From the NCBI GenBank assembly GCA_963764725.1, contig CAVXTM010000015.1:313209-377208 (forward strand): a stretch of 64,000 nt of DNA, read 5' to 3'. The position numbers and the translations under genes were made by a program. Source of the DNA: an uncultured Gammaproteobacteria bacterium (GTDB lineage: Bacteria > Pseudomonadota > Gammaproteobacteria > JACCXJ01). Under the pieces are notes generated by a model. That model did not search any database. It was given only the letters and a program-made list of their open reading frames with translations, and had not been told where the DNA came from. Shown piece by piece: positions 21,684 to 36,700 of the stretch (position 1 is its first letter; every line of letters starts with the position of its first letter).

Positions 21684-23156
21684 TTATGACAATGACTCTT
21701 TTCGTGGCCCACCGAAAAGGAGCGCGATGGCCTCTGTCATTAGCGCCCTTTGGAAGACGAAGGATAATACTATATATCCAACTAGTCCAACTATCGCGGC
21801 CAGCGCACAAGCCACGATGTTGCTATCTATCGCAACGAAACGGATCACCAAAGACATTAGGACACCCATACAGAGCGCTAAGACAATAGGTTTTGCTGTG
21901 ACTGTGGCGTATTCGGTAAAGCACGGACCGATGAGTTTACGTATAAGGACTCTGTAGTGCATGAAAGCAAGAAAAAACTGGAGTAAGACGAGCGAGTAAC
22001 AAACATTAACCAAATCGCCCGTTTTGGCTGCGGCAAAGATAGTCGGCGGAATCAACAAAGTTAATGACAAATTCCAGTAAAGCATCCAGTTTGCCTTTCC
22101 TTTTGCGACAATGAGACTGCCCGCAGCGCTTCCGAACGATCGAAATAATGAATAGAACGCGAGGATCTGGACTAGCGGTATTGCAGGACGCCATTTGTCG
22201 CCCAAGAGTATGGGGACAAGCAGCGGCGCTAACGCTGCCATGCCAACAAGAACAGGCGCATTTACTGATGTAACAAGACCAATCATCTTCATAAAGCCTC
22301 TTTTTAGCAACGCGTGGTCGTCTTGAACCAACGAAAACGCAGGGAAGGCCACGGTTGTCAAGATGCTGTTTATCCTTGTAAGAGGAGCGATCGCTAAACG
22401 AAAAGCCATGTTGTAATAGCCCAATGAAATGGGGCCTAAGAGATAGCCGACCAGTAACTGGTCGATGCGAAAGTTAATATAATTGACAAACCCCTCTCCT
22501 GTAAGATAAATACCAAAACTCAAATATCTCCTCCCCTTGTTCCAGTCAAAGTGCAGGAACGGTAACACTTTCTCCGCTTTCGCCCATGCAATCCTCATAA
22601 TGGTGATGGAAAACGTGGCGGTAAGGCTTCCCCAGACTAAAGCCCACACGCCAAATCCGTACAACGCTAGCGCCACAGAGACAGCCATGCCAATCAGGGA
22701 ACTAGCGATATTGAATTTTGTAAGGATATCAAAACGTAGCTTCTTAGTGATTTGTGCTGAAAACTGCGCTCCAATAGAGTAAATAACAAAGGAAAATGCG
22801 GCGACAGACACCAACGCTCTGAGCTGTGTCGCGCCGAACGCAGTGGCCACTAGGGGAGCGACAAGAACAAACAATATGAATATCGCAAAACCGGCAACGA
22901 CGTTCATCCAATATAAAGTGGATAACTCTTCACGCGTTGGGGACACTCTTTGTATCAGAGCCCCCGATAGCCCTAGATTTGAGAAGGCACTCCCGAAACC
23001 CGTTATCACACTGACAATGGCCATTAGTCCATAAGCCTCTGCCCCGAGCAGACGAGCTAAGATAGCGAGCTCAATGAAATGTATCGCGGTAGTGCTTAGC
23101 GTGTTAATGCCGCTCCATCGGACACCATGAGTGACCTTGCGCTTGAAATCTGCCAT
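21684..23156 (-). CDS. WzxC-like polysaccharide flippase (MOP family), visibly more AT-rich than neighbours
   Basis: LARLLGAEAYGLMA, LSTLYWMN, LGYYNMA, VAFPAFS. Confidence 0.88.
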   Translation of the reverse strand: MADFKRKVTHGVRWSGINTLSTTAIHFIELAILARLLGAEAYGLMAIVSVITGFGSAFSNLGLSGALIQRVSPTREELSTLYWMNVVAGFAIFILFVLVAPLVATAFGATQLRALVSVAAFSFVIYSIGAQFSAQITKKLRFDILTKFNIASSLIGMAVSVALALYGFGVWALVWGSLTATFSITIMRIAWAKAEKVLPFLHFDWNKGRRYLSFGIYLTGEGFVNYINFRIDQLLVGYLLGPISLGYYNMAFRLAIAPLTRINSILTTVAFPAFSLVQDDHALLKRGFMKMIGLVTSVNAPVLVGMAALAPLLVPILLGDKWRPAIPLVQILAFYSLFRSFGSAAGSLIVAKGKANWMLYWNLSLTLLIPPTIFAAAKTGDLVNVCYSLVLLQFFLAFMHYRVLIRKLIGPCFTEYATVTAKPIVLALCMGVLMSLVIRFVAIDSNIVACALAAIVGLVGYIVLSFVFQRALMTEAIALLFGGPRKESLS

Positions 23157-23211
23157 AAAAACCTTTGTGTTTTGGCTCCAGAAAAGGCACATCCTACCGT
23201 TTGGCTGATCC

Positions 23212-24654
23212 CTACTGGTCTTTCGGCGGAGTGCGCACTACGAGGAGGCGAATTTCGGTCATGTCTTCCATGGCGAAACGCACGCCCTCTCTGCCTAGTC
23301 CGCTGTCTTTCACGCCGCCATAGGGCATGTGATCCACGCGCCACGAGGGAATGTCACCGATGATCACGCTACCCACATCGAGCCGGTCCCAGGCGCGGTG
23401 GGCTTTGTAGAGATCGCGAGTGAAGAGTCCGGCCTGCAGCCCGAATTCACTATCGTTGATTTCGTCCAGGGCCGCCTCGAATGATCGAAAAGGAGCCAGC
23501 ACCGCCACGGGGCCGAATGCCTCCTGCGCGCACACGTCCTCGGTCTTGGGGACGTTTTCCAGCAGGGTGGGCTCCAGCATCGCCCCCCGCCGTTGGCCTC
23601 CGCATAAAAGACGTGCGCCCGCTCTTACTGCATTGTGAATCCAGCCGTCCAGACGCGTGGCTTCCGCCTCCGAAATCAACGGGCCGATGAACGTCGATTC
23701 ATCCTTGGGATCACCGCATTTCAATTTTTGGGTGGCGGCCACGAGCTTGGTTCGAAAAGCCTCGTAAATTTTTTCGTGGATCAGGATTCGTTGTACGCTG
23801 ATGCAACTCTGACCGGATTGGTAGAACGCACCGAAAATAATGCGCTCGACGGCGTCCTCGAGATCGGCGTCCTCGTCGACGAGGCAAGCGGCATTGCCTC
23901 CCAGCTCGAGCGTGACCTTTTTCTTGCCTGCCTTCGCCTTGAGGCCCCAGCCGACGGCCGGAGAGCCCGTGAAGCTCAGAAACTTGAGCCTTGGATCCCC
24001 TGTGAACAGCCCGGCTCCGTCCCGGTGGCAGGGCAGGATTGAAAAAGCCCCTTCGGGCAAGTCGGTCTCGGCTAGCACCTCTCCAATGATGAGAGCGCCC
24101 AAGGGGGTTCGGCTCGCCGGCTTAAGAACGAAAGGGCAACCCACGGCAATGGCGGGTGCCACTTTATGGGCGGCTAGATTGAGTGGAAAGTTGAAGGGGG
24201 ATATGAACGAGCAGGGCCCGATGGGCACCCGCTTCCACATCCCCACATACCCTTTAGCGCGCGGAGTAATGTCCAAGGGAAGCACCTCCCCCGTTATTCG
24301 AGTGGCTTCCTCGGCGGCAATCCGAAACGTATCAATGAGGCGCATGACTTCGCCCCGGCTATCCTTAATGGGCTTTCCGGCCTCGACACAAAGGAGCAGC
24401 GCAAGCTCCTCGGCCCGCTCTTCGAACCGCTTTACGCAGTGGTGGAGTACTTTGGCCCGCGCATAAGCAGGCAGGCGGGCCATGGGCCCGGTGGCCTCGA
24501 CTGCTTTCCGAATGGCGCGGTCGATGGTTTTTGCGTCGGCCAGTGCCACGCGGGCCGCTACCTCGCCGCTGTATTTGTCGGTGACCTCGAGATCCCGGTT
24601 GGGCTGTTCGGATCGGTTCGCCACATAACACGGGTATACGTTCCGCATTGTCAT
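23212..24654 (-). CDS. NAD(P)-dependent aldehyde dehydrogenase
   Basis: ISPFNFPLNL, SFTGS, LELGGN, GQSCIS, EAFGP. Confidence 0.95.
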   Translation of the reverse strand: MTMRNVYPCYVANRSEQPNRDLEVTDKYSGEVAARVALADAKTIDRAIRKAVEATGPMARLPAYARAKVLHHCVKRFEERAEELALLLCVEAGKPIKDSRGEVMRLIDTFRIAAEEATRITGEVLPLDITPRAKGYVGMWKRVPIGPCSFISPFNFPLNLAAHKVAPAIAVGCPFVLKPASRTPLGALIIGEVLAETDLPEGAFSILPCHRDGAGLFTGDPRLKFLSFTGSPAVGWGLKAKAGKKKVTLELGGNAACLVDEDADLEDAVERIIFGAFYQSGQSCISVQRILIHEKIYEAFRTKLVAATQKLKCGDPKDESTFIGPLISEAEATRLDGWIHNAVRAGARLLCGGQRRGAMLEPTLLENVPKTEDVCAQEAFGPVAVLAPFRSFEAALDEINDSEFGLQAGLFTRDLYKAHRAWDRLDVGSVIIGDIPSWRVDHMPYGGVKDSGLGREGVRFAMEDMTEIRLLVVRTPPKDQ

Positions 24655-24714
24655 CGTCGGCTCCTATTCAAGGCCCATTCGTACTTCTGGACCGGTGCGA
24701 GACTTTTCACGGAA

Positions 24715-25122
24715 CTAAGCAAAAACGTTCTCGGCAAGCGACTGCGGTGAATGAATCGTCACGCCGCCGAGCGTCTTGCCATAAAGGCCCCGAAGTGGGT
24801 GCGGTCACCCGTTACGAGAACGTCGCATGCTAACCGGATCGCGGCGGCCAAAACCGGGCGATCTTTCTCGGGGATCGCAAGAGTCTCCCGCAAGGATACC
24901 GGATGAGCCTGGGCGGCTGCCATGGAGACGCGCGCGAGCAATGTTTCCAGAACAGCGAGACTACCCGGGGCCTTAGTCGCGAGGTTGCGCCGCGCTTCTT
25001 CCACCACGTAGCCGTCGGCCCAGCATTCGTGACCCGCTTCCATCAGCCACGCGAGCAACTGCCTCACGGCCCCGTCCGCCTTCGGCGGGAAAAAGTATGT
25101 TGGCGTCGAGAAATATCCGCAT
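24715..25122 (-). CDS. PIN-domain toxin (VapC-like); frameshifted near both ends
   Basis: MRIFLDANILF..EEARRNL..KDRPVLAAA..LVTGDRTHFG; TGATG coupling to the antitoxin. Confidence 0.8.
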
Positions 25123-25367
25123 CAACGCGCGGACTTGGTCTTCTTCTTCCGATGCAAAACCTTCTCAAGCTCTGCTTCGCCTTGATCGAATTCGCGGATC
25201 CGCTTCTCGTTATAGATCTCGATCGGCAGCGTGACGGCAGGTCGCAAAAGCAAGCCTTCCGGCGTTTCGGCGATGAGCTGCTCGTCGGCGTTGATGCCAA
25301 GCGCCTCCCGGAGCTTGGCCGGTACTGTGATGACGCCTCGGCTGGTGATGGTGAGGGTGGTTTTCAC
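25122..25367 (-). CDS. AbrB/MazE-family antitoxin
   Basis: TLTITSRGVITVPAKLREALGI..EGLLLRP. Confidence 0.88.
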   Translation of the reverse strand: MKTTLTITSRGVITVPAKLREALGINADEQLIAETPEGLLLRPAVTLPIEIYNEKRIREFDQGEAELEKVLHRKKKTKSAR

Positions 25368-25564
25368 GGCGGCAGTCTCGCAGAAATACAGTAATGCTGC
25401 AAGGCAACGATATGCTTCAGCCTAAAGTGAGTCTGTCTCGTTGCTTTCGTCGTAACCCGCGCACCCGACGTGCGGTGATCTTCCGAGGCGTACCGCGCGG
25501 AGACCCAGTTCGGCCGTCGATAGGCGCCAGTCCTCGTGCCTATTAGAACCTATTTGGCCTCCGC

Positions 25565-25841
25565 TTACGTCGAGTTGTCCGCGACCGCGAGGTCCCCCGC
25601 AATCAACCGAAACTGCTCGAGCGCCGCCTCCAGGTCATCGACGATCTCCTGCGCGATCACGTCCGGCGGTGGTAGGTTATCGGAATCCGCGAGGCTTTCG
25701 TCCTTCAGCCAGAAGATATCGAGGCTGGCTTTGTCGCGGGCGATCAGCTCGTCGTAGTCGTAGCAGCGCCAGCGACCCTCGCTCCCGGTTCCGTCGTTCT
25801 TACGCTGCTGCCCGCTTCGCACCGTCCCCTCTCCCTGAGGG
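25565..25841 (-). pseudogene. hsdM: Type I R-M methyltransferase, 3' end (split by IS insertion)
   Basis: GRWRCYDYDELIARDKASLDIFWLKDESL.D.DNLPPP.VIAQEIVDDLEAALEQF. Confidence 0.85.
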
Positions 25842-26822
25842 CTGTCTCTTGATCGGATCTTTTCACTGTTTTTTGAGGCTCAGAAATTGCGCGCTGACCT
25901 GAGTAGCATCGACGCGTTCCTGCAAGCGGAACCAGCCCTCCCACAATACAGCCCAGCCAGCGCGTCCGGTGCGTTTTGTGTCTATCCAGCCGCCCAGTTT
26001 GGCGAGGGTCTCGCAGGCCCACTTCAGCGAAGGCGCTTGCGCGGGCGGGCGGCACCGGTGCTGTGTGACCCACAATACTTTCCATTCCATCTCCTCGAGC
26101 ACCCCGGCACAGCTGACTTGCCCTGCTGCCTCCACCGACAAGCCTTTGCCTGTAGCGCTATCGAGCCATTCGCGCAATTGCAGCAGCCGCACCGCGATGA
26201 ATGCCAATATCACGGCCATGCGCTCCAAATTGTCGGCCGACTGCATACGTCGGGCTTCTACCCCAGCGCCGGATTTCCACGCCTTGTGAAAATCCTCCAC
26301 TCGCCAGCGCCGCGCATAGTGGCTCAATACCCGCTGCGCCTCGATGATGGTAGCCACCGGTTCGCTCGCCAACAACAGCCAGCACAAGGGTTCCTGCCCA
26401 TGCGGGGGATGTGCCTCCATCGCCAACACCGCATTGACCTGCAGCGAGGGCAGTCCCGGTGCGCGCCGTGGGGCGCAAAACTCAATGCAGGCGCTGCGCA
26501 CCTGCAGATGCGCTTGCCGCGAACGCCGTGCATGCGCCCCACCGCGTTGCTGGACCCGCACGCCATGCGAACCCAACACCGGCGCACGCTCCAGGGCTTC
26601 GAACAGGTGGCGCGCCTCGCCCGCCACGCGCCGGTCCCAACTTGCGCGCACGACGAACCGCTCGCCACGCTCGACTTTGTACTGCAAATACTCGTAGATG
26701 TCAGCCTCACGGTCACACACCGAAATCACTCGCGCCTGCGTCACCCCCAAGCGCTCGGCCATCCGTCCACTGGCGCGCTGCCACTTGAAGCTTTCCTTCT
26801 CCCCATAGGCGCGCTCCCCACG
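25842..26822 (-). mobile_element. IS4-family (IS50/Tn5-like) element, 5'-truncated
   Basis: VCDREADIYE, YARRWRVEDFHKAWKSG (YREK), AKLGGW.DTKRTGR; end sequence CTGTCTCTTGATCGGATCT at 25842-25860. Confidence 0.92.
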
Positions 26823-29999
<3,177 letters not shown>

Positions 30000-30003
<4 letters not shown>

Positions 30004-30462
30004 CGCTGCCTATCGAAGTACGCGTGGTGCTGGCCGGGGCGACTCCAAGCCGTCACACTCGACACACCGAATACCGCATCAATGCCCGAATCGGCATCGA
30101 GCCCGAATGCGCAGATCGTGCCCTCGTCAGACGAACACAACAAGTTGGCCCAAGCGTCAATGATGTTCGTCCAGATCGGGTTGTACCTAGTAGCCCATCG
30201 CTCACGGCGCCAGTCGCCGGCTGGATCGCCGCGGCGGAAGGACACGGGTGACACCTCGTCAGTTTCACCGTCATCCTCAGGTTGTGTGTTCTGCGGTTTC
30301 GGAAATTCGATGAAAGTGAATGGATCGAACACGCACCACCAGCGGTCAGCGAAATACTCCAAGCTAAGTCGAACACCTCCGGCGAACGGGAATCCGAGAT
30401 TCGGCACAGTGCCACCAAGCGGCGATTTGTATGCGCGTTGCAGCTTGGCCAAGCGCTGAGAG
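30000..30462 (-). pseudogene. C-terminal (APAZ) remnant of the pAgo partner, probably Sir2-APAZ
   Basis: GVRLSLE..WWCVFDPFTF..GDPAGDWRRERWATRYN..W..II..WA; stop overlaps the pAgo start; effector domain absent. Confidence 0.8.
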
Positions 30463-30465
30463 CGC

Positions 30466-30852
30466 GATCCACTATGGAATCGATCGCTAAGGGTAAAGTT
30501 AAAAAAGCAAAAATACTATCACTGCCCAACTGACCAGCCTTTGGATCCGCAAGCGCTGGATGCCGCGCTCCTTGGTTGGCAGGCCGAGCGACTAGTGGTT
30601 GGTCATTGTCCAATCGAAAGTGGAGAAATCTTGATGCACCACCCTCTCTACAGAGAAAAAATCGTAATGGTCGATACCCGTATCTCGGCTGCCGACGGCA
30701 GTCTCAGTGCCCTGTGCATTACTTCGGAGGAGGTTACTCCACTCTATTTGAAGAGTCGCGAACCGGGCCGAGCGATAAGAACGGTGGAAAAGAAAATGGC
30801 CGACAAACAACCTCGGTACGGCGGTCTAGTTCACCCGTCCGGCTCCAGCTAG
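30466..30852 (+). pseudogene. Metallophosphoesterase, C-terminal remnant
   Basis: DPLWNRSL..ERLVVGHCP..IVMVDTRIS; no 5' half. Confidence 0.6.
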
Positions 30853-30930
30853 TCGGGCCAGTCCGTGGTGTAACCGGCACTCCTATAAAAGATTGGCTAC
30901 AAGTGGTCGCCGCCCAACCTCAGAACGCTG

Positions 30931-31713
30931 CTAAACCATCCCCAGTCGTTGACGGATTTCCGCCCATAAATTCCCGTACGCTTGCGCCGCTGAGCTCGCA
31001 GGTGCGAATACCAACAATGGCGCCCGCTGCCGGCCCATGAGTTCGACTTGACTTGCGTATGGAATCGTTGTCAACAGAAACTGCGAGGCGGCGCCCGTAG
31101 CCTCTTTAACGATATCTCGGTGCAAGCGCTTGCGGTGGTCTACCATCACAAAGAAAGGCAAGACATCGGGTACTCGTTTGTTTAGCCCTTGCAGATGATC
31201 GAGCAGCTGCCTATGGGTCCGCAGCGATAGCGGCGTCGGTATGGTGGGAACGATCAACGCATCAGCGACCTTAAGTACGTTGTCTGCCAACAGTGAAATT
31301 CCCGGCGGACAATCAAGAATGATTAATGCGTAGTTTTCGGCTACTGGTTCGAGAAGCCTACGTAATTGTTTCGCGGGCTTGTTGCGCTCATAAAGCGCTA
31401 GATCGAAGTGTCGATATGAAAAATCGGCTGGCAGCACATCGAGACGTTCGAAATCCGACGCCTTAATCGCCGCATCAAGGTCATGTTTATGCGCCAAGAG
31501 CCGATCGATACCTCCTCTGACGCGCGGGTGGATACGAAGATAGAAAGTCGCGGCCCCCTGCGGATCGAGATCCCACAAAAGTGTGGTCAAACCCTGCGCC
31601 GCCGCCAAGTAGGCAAGATTGACCGCTGTAGCTGTTTTACCGACACCGCCTTTGATGTTGTAAATTGCAAGGATAATCACGGGTGAATGATCCGGGGGGC
31701 GAGCATTGTTCAT
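30931..31713 (-). CDS. ParA/Soj-family ATPase (CHAD-associated type)
   Basis: IYNIKGGVGKT, LLWDLDPQG, ILDCPP. Confidence 0.9.
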   Translation of the reverse strand: MNNARPPDHSPVIILAIYNIKGGVGKTATAVNLAYLAAAQGLTTLLWDLDPQGAATFYLRIHPRVRGGIDRLLAHKHDLDAAIKASDFERLDVLPADFSYRHFDLALYERNKPAKQLRRLLEPVAENYALIILDCPPGISLLADNVLKVADALIVPTIPTPLSLRTHRQLLDHLQGLNKRVPDVLPFFVMVDHRKRLHRDIVKEATGAASQFLLTTIPYASQVELMGRQRAPLLVFAPASSAAQAYGNLWAEIRQRLGMV

Positions 31714-33304
31714 CTCTAGACAAGGCTTTTACTCTAAATAGGCCATGAAATCGTTCAAAGTTTTTCGGTCCTGTAAAAAGCTGAAAGCTTTCCGCAAAAT
31801 GCGCGCGAGCCCTCTCTTGCCGCGCGACCAAATTTCCGATTAACGTCCCCATGGCAAGAAGGGTCTCGCGCGCAAGGTCTCCCCGATCCATCTCGCGTGC
31901 GTAACGCTCCAATGCCTTACTCTGAATGGCGGCGTCTTGAAAATCACCCAGTATATCCTGCAAGTGTTTTAATGCTTTAATGCTGTCCTGCAGTTCCCCT
32001 TCGGGAAAAAGGCTGCGGAAAAACTCCAGCAAATAACGGAGCTTCTTGCACGACTTACGTAGTATATGTAACGCCTCTGGCGCTGTATCAGGTTGGATCG
32101 CAGCCCCTTGCTGGCAAATTCTGCGATATAACCGCCACAGGCGGTGGCTAGCGACCAAGATTATCGGTCGCGCTGCACTGGGCAAGCGTGACCGGCGTGG
32201 AGGATTCGTACACAAGAATCGGCCCCAGCCGCTCAATAGGCGCTTGTAGCGCGCAGAATCCATGGCGATCACAAGCGCCTGATGCGCTTGCCGTTTATGC
32301 TGCCGCAAAAGTACTCGCAGAGGCTCAAGTGCCTTCCGCAGAGAGACCGGTAGGCTTGCTTGATATGCATCGAAGTTCAAAAGGTAGACATCGAGATCAC
32401 GCGGCGGACCGGTAATTTGACCTAGCCAAGCAAATTCTCGGCGGTAGCGTTCAACAGTGGAGACGGGGAAAACGCCCTTCATCTGGCCCAAGGCGGATCG
32501 CGTACGGCGGATCGCTACGCGATAGTCGTGCAAGCATTCCGCATCGACGTCCCCACGCACCCCCGCTTCATTGGTTTGCAGGGCCATAAGGAGTTGCGTG
32601 CAAATGTGTTTCACGGCTGCATCGGCGCGCGACTCTGGATTGAGGCAAAGAGTCAATTTGGATGAGTAACTGCCCGGTTGCTTGCCGTTTATCGCCAGCG
32701 CCTGCAGATAAACGGAATCGTCGATCGGTGCCGCGCCAAGACTTTCTTCCACGAGTGCTCGTACGCGCGAAAACGGCACTGAATATCCTTTCAGACCAAT
32801 CAGCCGTAGTTGCCGCACGTGACGTGTAGGTTTGTCACTGTTCCCCAGGCAATAGTCCTCCAATAGGATCCGCAGCAGCGTTTTTCCTTCGGTATCGACG
32901 ACCAAGACTGTACGGGTTGTTACAATTACCGTAGCCAATGGTAATAACGCCCGCTGTGCAATGCGCTCTTCGAGCCGCTCGCGAATCGCGCCGACTGGAA
33001 GATCAATGGCAAAGCGCGGTTCCTTATGGAGCGACAGCGAGGCATAGCAATCATTGCCGTCCATTGAGGACCAGGCCAAGCGCAGCGAATGCGCCGCGCG
33101 ATCAGTTGTCAGGATCTCGCCTGCCGCAAATAGACGCCAATCGAAAGTATCGTAGTATGTCCGCTGGACCGATTCGGACGGGCGCTCGCGCAGTTCGAAT
33201 TCTTCCGAGAGCCGGGTACGTACCGCATGCGGCCCGGCCGGGGAAACGACGGGGAAGATTAATTGGCTACCGCCCGGTCCGAAAACTCGATCGCGCGGGA
33301 TCAT
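31637..33304 (-). CDS. CHAD-domain (polyphosphate-binding) protein with N-terminal CYTH-like region
   Basis: RTYYDTFDWRL, LHDYRVAIRRTRS, RDLDVYL, LHILRKSCKKLRYLLEFF, LQDILGDFQD. Confidence 0.9.
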   Translation of the reverse strand: MIPRDRVFGPGGSQLIFPVVSPAGPHAVRTRLSEEFELRERPSESVQRTYYDTFDWRLFAAGEILTTDRAAHSLRLAWSSMDGNDCYASLSLHKEPRFAIDLPVGAIRERLEERIAQRALLPLATVIVTTRTVLVVDTEGKTLLRILLEDYCLGNSDKPTRHVRQLRLIGLKGYSVPFSRVRALVEESLGAAPIDDSVYLQALAINGKQPGSYSSKLTLCLNPESRADAAVKHICTQLLMALQTNEAGVRGDVDAECLHDYRVAIRRTRSALGQMKGVFPVSTVERYRREFAWLGQITGPPRDLDVYLLNFDAYQASLPVSLRKALEPLRVLLRQHKRQAHQALVIAMDSARYKRLLSGWGRFLCTNPPRRSRLPSAARPIILVASHRLWRLYRRICQQGAAIQPDTAPEALHILRKSCKKLRYLLEFFRSLFPEGELQDSIKALKHLQDILGDFQDAAIQSKALERYAREMDRGDLARETLLAMGTLIGNLVARQERARAHFAESFQLFTGPKNFERFHGLFRVKALSRDEQCSPPGSFTRDYPCNLQHQRRCR

Positions 33305-33768
33305 GCCGTAGTCATGGAAGGCGCAGCGTAACGAGAGCTCGCGAAAAGTAATGCACGATTGATCAGTTCCTCCTTTATGGAACGGACGTCGCGTTCTGCG
33401 GAAACGCTCAAATCGGACGAAGTCGGTGGCACAGCCGTATTATCTAGGCGCCTTCGTGTTCCAGCAATCCCTCGAACGATCTGAGCGTAAGATGGCGAAG
33501 GACTGCCTTGCGCGGGCACCCAAAGGCGAGGGATTGGGGCGGCAACGTTCTCATCTACTCAGACGCGATTGCCAACGATAAGCCAGATACAGGGAGGACG
33601 CATCGCCGTCGGCTTCTAAGGACGGATGGGCCAGATACAGATTGCTGTGTAGGGCACCCGGCTACCCTTTAGGCGCATTGGTTAACCAATCCAAAAGAAG
33701 AGCGAAGATGAATCGAGTGGTCGCGCAACGATGCGGGCGGGCTGCACAGTAGATTTATTGACAAGCTC

Positions 33769-36700
33769 TCACATGCGCCGGCGATAGCGGCCGCCGACTT
33801 CATAGAGCGCTTGGGTGATCTGACCCAGCGAGCAGTCACGCACGGTATCCATCAGCTCGGCGAAGGTATTGCCACCCGCATCGATCACCTCTTGCAGGCG
33901 TTTTAACGCTTGCGGGGCCTTATCGGCATGTTGTCGCTTGAAACCTGCGACGGCTTCGATCTGCGCCCGCTTCTCCTCCTCGCTCGCGCGTACCAGGCCG
34001 CCTGCCATGGCGCGCCGCTCGGCGTCCTCGCGCACGAAGGTATTGACCCCGATGATCGCTAAGTCGCCGCTCTGTTTGCGTCCCTCGTAATAGAGGCTTT
34101 CTTCTTGGATCTTCATGCGCTGATAGAGGGTTTCCATGGCCCCGAGCACGCCGCCGCGTTGCGACAAGCGCGAAAACTCCTCGTAGACCGCCTCTTCGAG
34201 GCGATCGCTCAGCTCCTCGATGATAAAGGAGCCTTGCAAGGGATTCTCGTTGTAATTGAGACCGAGCTCGCGGTTAATGATGAGTTGAATCGCGAGCGCC
34301 CGGCGGGCCGACTCCTCGGTCGGGGTCGTTACCGCCTCGTCGTAGGCGTTCGTGTGCAGGCTATTGCAGTTATCGTAAATGGCATAGAGCGCCTGCAAGC
34401 TGGTGCGGATATCGTTGAACTCGATCTCGCGCGCATGCAAACTGCGTCCTGAGGTCTGAACATGATATTTGAGCATCTGGCTGCGCGGACCCGCCCGGTA
34501 AATCTCCCGCAACGCCCGCGCCCAGATGCGCCGCGCGACCCGCCCGAGCACGGCATATTCCGGGTCCATGCCGTTACTGAAGAAGAAGCTGAGGCTCGGC
34601 GCGAATTGGTCGATTGCCATTCCCCGGCCGAGGTAATACTCGACCAAGGTAAAGCCGTTCGCGAGCGTGAAGGCAAGTTGGGTGAGGGGGTTGGCGCCGG
34701 CCTCGGCGATGTGATAGCCGGAGACCGAGACACTATAGTAATTGCGTACCCGGTGGGCGATAAAGAATTCCTGGATATCGCCCATCATGCGGAGCGCGAA
34801 CTCGATGGCGAAGATGCACTCGTTTTGCGCCTGGTCTTCCTTCAAGATATCGGCCTGCACCGTGCCGCGTACTCTAGCCAGGGTGTCGGCGCGGATGCGC
34901 GCGTAGGTCTCGGGGTCCAGCCATTGACCGCCGCTCACTCCCAAGAGCCCGAGGCCCAAGCCGTCATGCCCTTGAGGCAGCAGGCCACGATACTGCGGGC
35001 GCGGTAGATCCTGGTATACGGCCGCGATCCGCGGCTCGACTTCCTGCCAGCGGCCAGACTCGCGCAGGTATTTTTCCACCTGCTGATCGATGGCCGCGTT
35101 CATGAAGCAGGCGAGCAAGATGGGCGCGGGACCGTTGATGGTCATCGATACCGATGTCGCCGGATCGCAGAGATCGAAGCCCGAGTATAATTTTTTCACA
35201 TCGTCTAAGGTCGCAACCGAAACCCCCGACATGCCCAGGCGCCCGTAAATATCGGGGCGCGTGTCGGGATCTTCGCCGTAAAGCACGATCGGATCGAAGG
35301 CGGTGGAGAGGCGCGTCGCTGTTTGCCCGGCGGCCAGGTAGTGGAAGCGCCGGTTGGTGCGCTCGGGGCCACCTTCGCCCGCGAACATGCGCGTGGGCTC
35401 CTCGGTGCCGCGGCGATAGGGATAGACGCCGGCGGTGTAAGGGTAACGGCCCGGCAGGTTTTCCTTGAGCAAAAAGCGCAGCAGGCTGCCCCAGTCTTGG
35501 TAATGAGGCAGCGCCAACCTCGGAATGCGCAGATGACTCAGGCTCTCGGTGGCATTATCGCCAGTGATCTCGGCTCCACGCACACTATAGGCATAGCGTT
35601 CCTGCTCGGCCTGGGCGCGCACCTGGGGCCACTCTTCCAGTGCGGCGATGGCCTCGGGGCTTAACGTCGCTAAGGCCTCTTGGTAACAGCGGCGCAGCCG
35701 CACCAGCGCATCGTCACCGTTCGACTGGGAAAGATCGCCGGAGTACGGCTTAAGAGGCGGCGGCAACTGCGGATCGGCCAGCGCTTGCAAACTGAGATAA
35801 TAACCCTGGGCCTGGGAAGCCGCCCGGACCTGCTGTTCGATCGCCGCGGTCTCGGCCCGGCCCTGCTCGGCGATCTCCCCGAGATAGCGGCTCCGCCGTG
35901 CCGGGATGAGCGGTTGTGCCACGCGCGCCGCCGCACGGTCACCCGGGAGTGGCGTCCACGGCTCGCGATCCCGGGATCGAAGGCGATCGAGCTGCTCGCA
36001 AAGCGCATAAAACAAATGCGCGACACCCGGATCACGGACCCGGCTTGCGACCGTGGGATAGACCGGGACTTGGGCGTCTGGAAGAGTAAAGGCATTGCGA
36101 TTGCGCCGCCATTGTTTGCGCACGTCCCGCAAGGCGTCTTGCGACTCGCGCGCGTCGCATTTATTGAGCGCGATGAGATCGGCGTAGTCCAGCATCTGGA
36201 TCTTCTCGAGCTGCGTGGGCCCGCCGTAATCACTGGTCATGACGTAGAGCGAGACATCGGCGAGTCCCACAAGCTCGGTGCCTCCTTGCCCCGTGCCGGC
36301 GGTCTCGATGATGATGAGATCGAAGTCCAAGGACTTGAGAAAATCGACGCAATCGCCGAGGATTTCGTTGGTGGCCAGGTGCCGGCGCCGGGTGGCCATG
36401 GAACGCATAAAGACGCGGGGATCGGCGGCAAAGTTCATACGCAGGCGATCACCGAGCAAGGCCCCGCCGCTCTTCTGGCGCGTGGGATCGAGCGCGATGA
36501 CCGCAAACGCGCGCGTCGGGAAGCTGCGCAAGCAGTCACCGAGCAGCTCGTCGATCACCGTGCTTTTGCCTGAACCGCCGCTGCCCGTGACGCCCACGAC
36601 CGGGACGTTCCGATCTTTCCGCTTGCGCCGAGCGGGGATGAAGGGCAAGCCGGTCTCGATGAGCGAAAGCCGGCGGCCGACCGCGCGTATGTCTTCCCTC

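Noticed and set aside
30931-31713. Plasmid or ICE partition system
   Set aside because: No parB or parS nearby; the pairing with CHAD and a phosphatase remnant fits polyphosphate-related loci.
33301-33519. Small ORF upstream of the CHAD gene
   Set aside because: No recognisable motif or RBS; cannot be supported.
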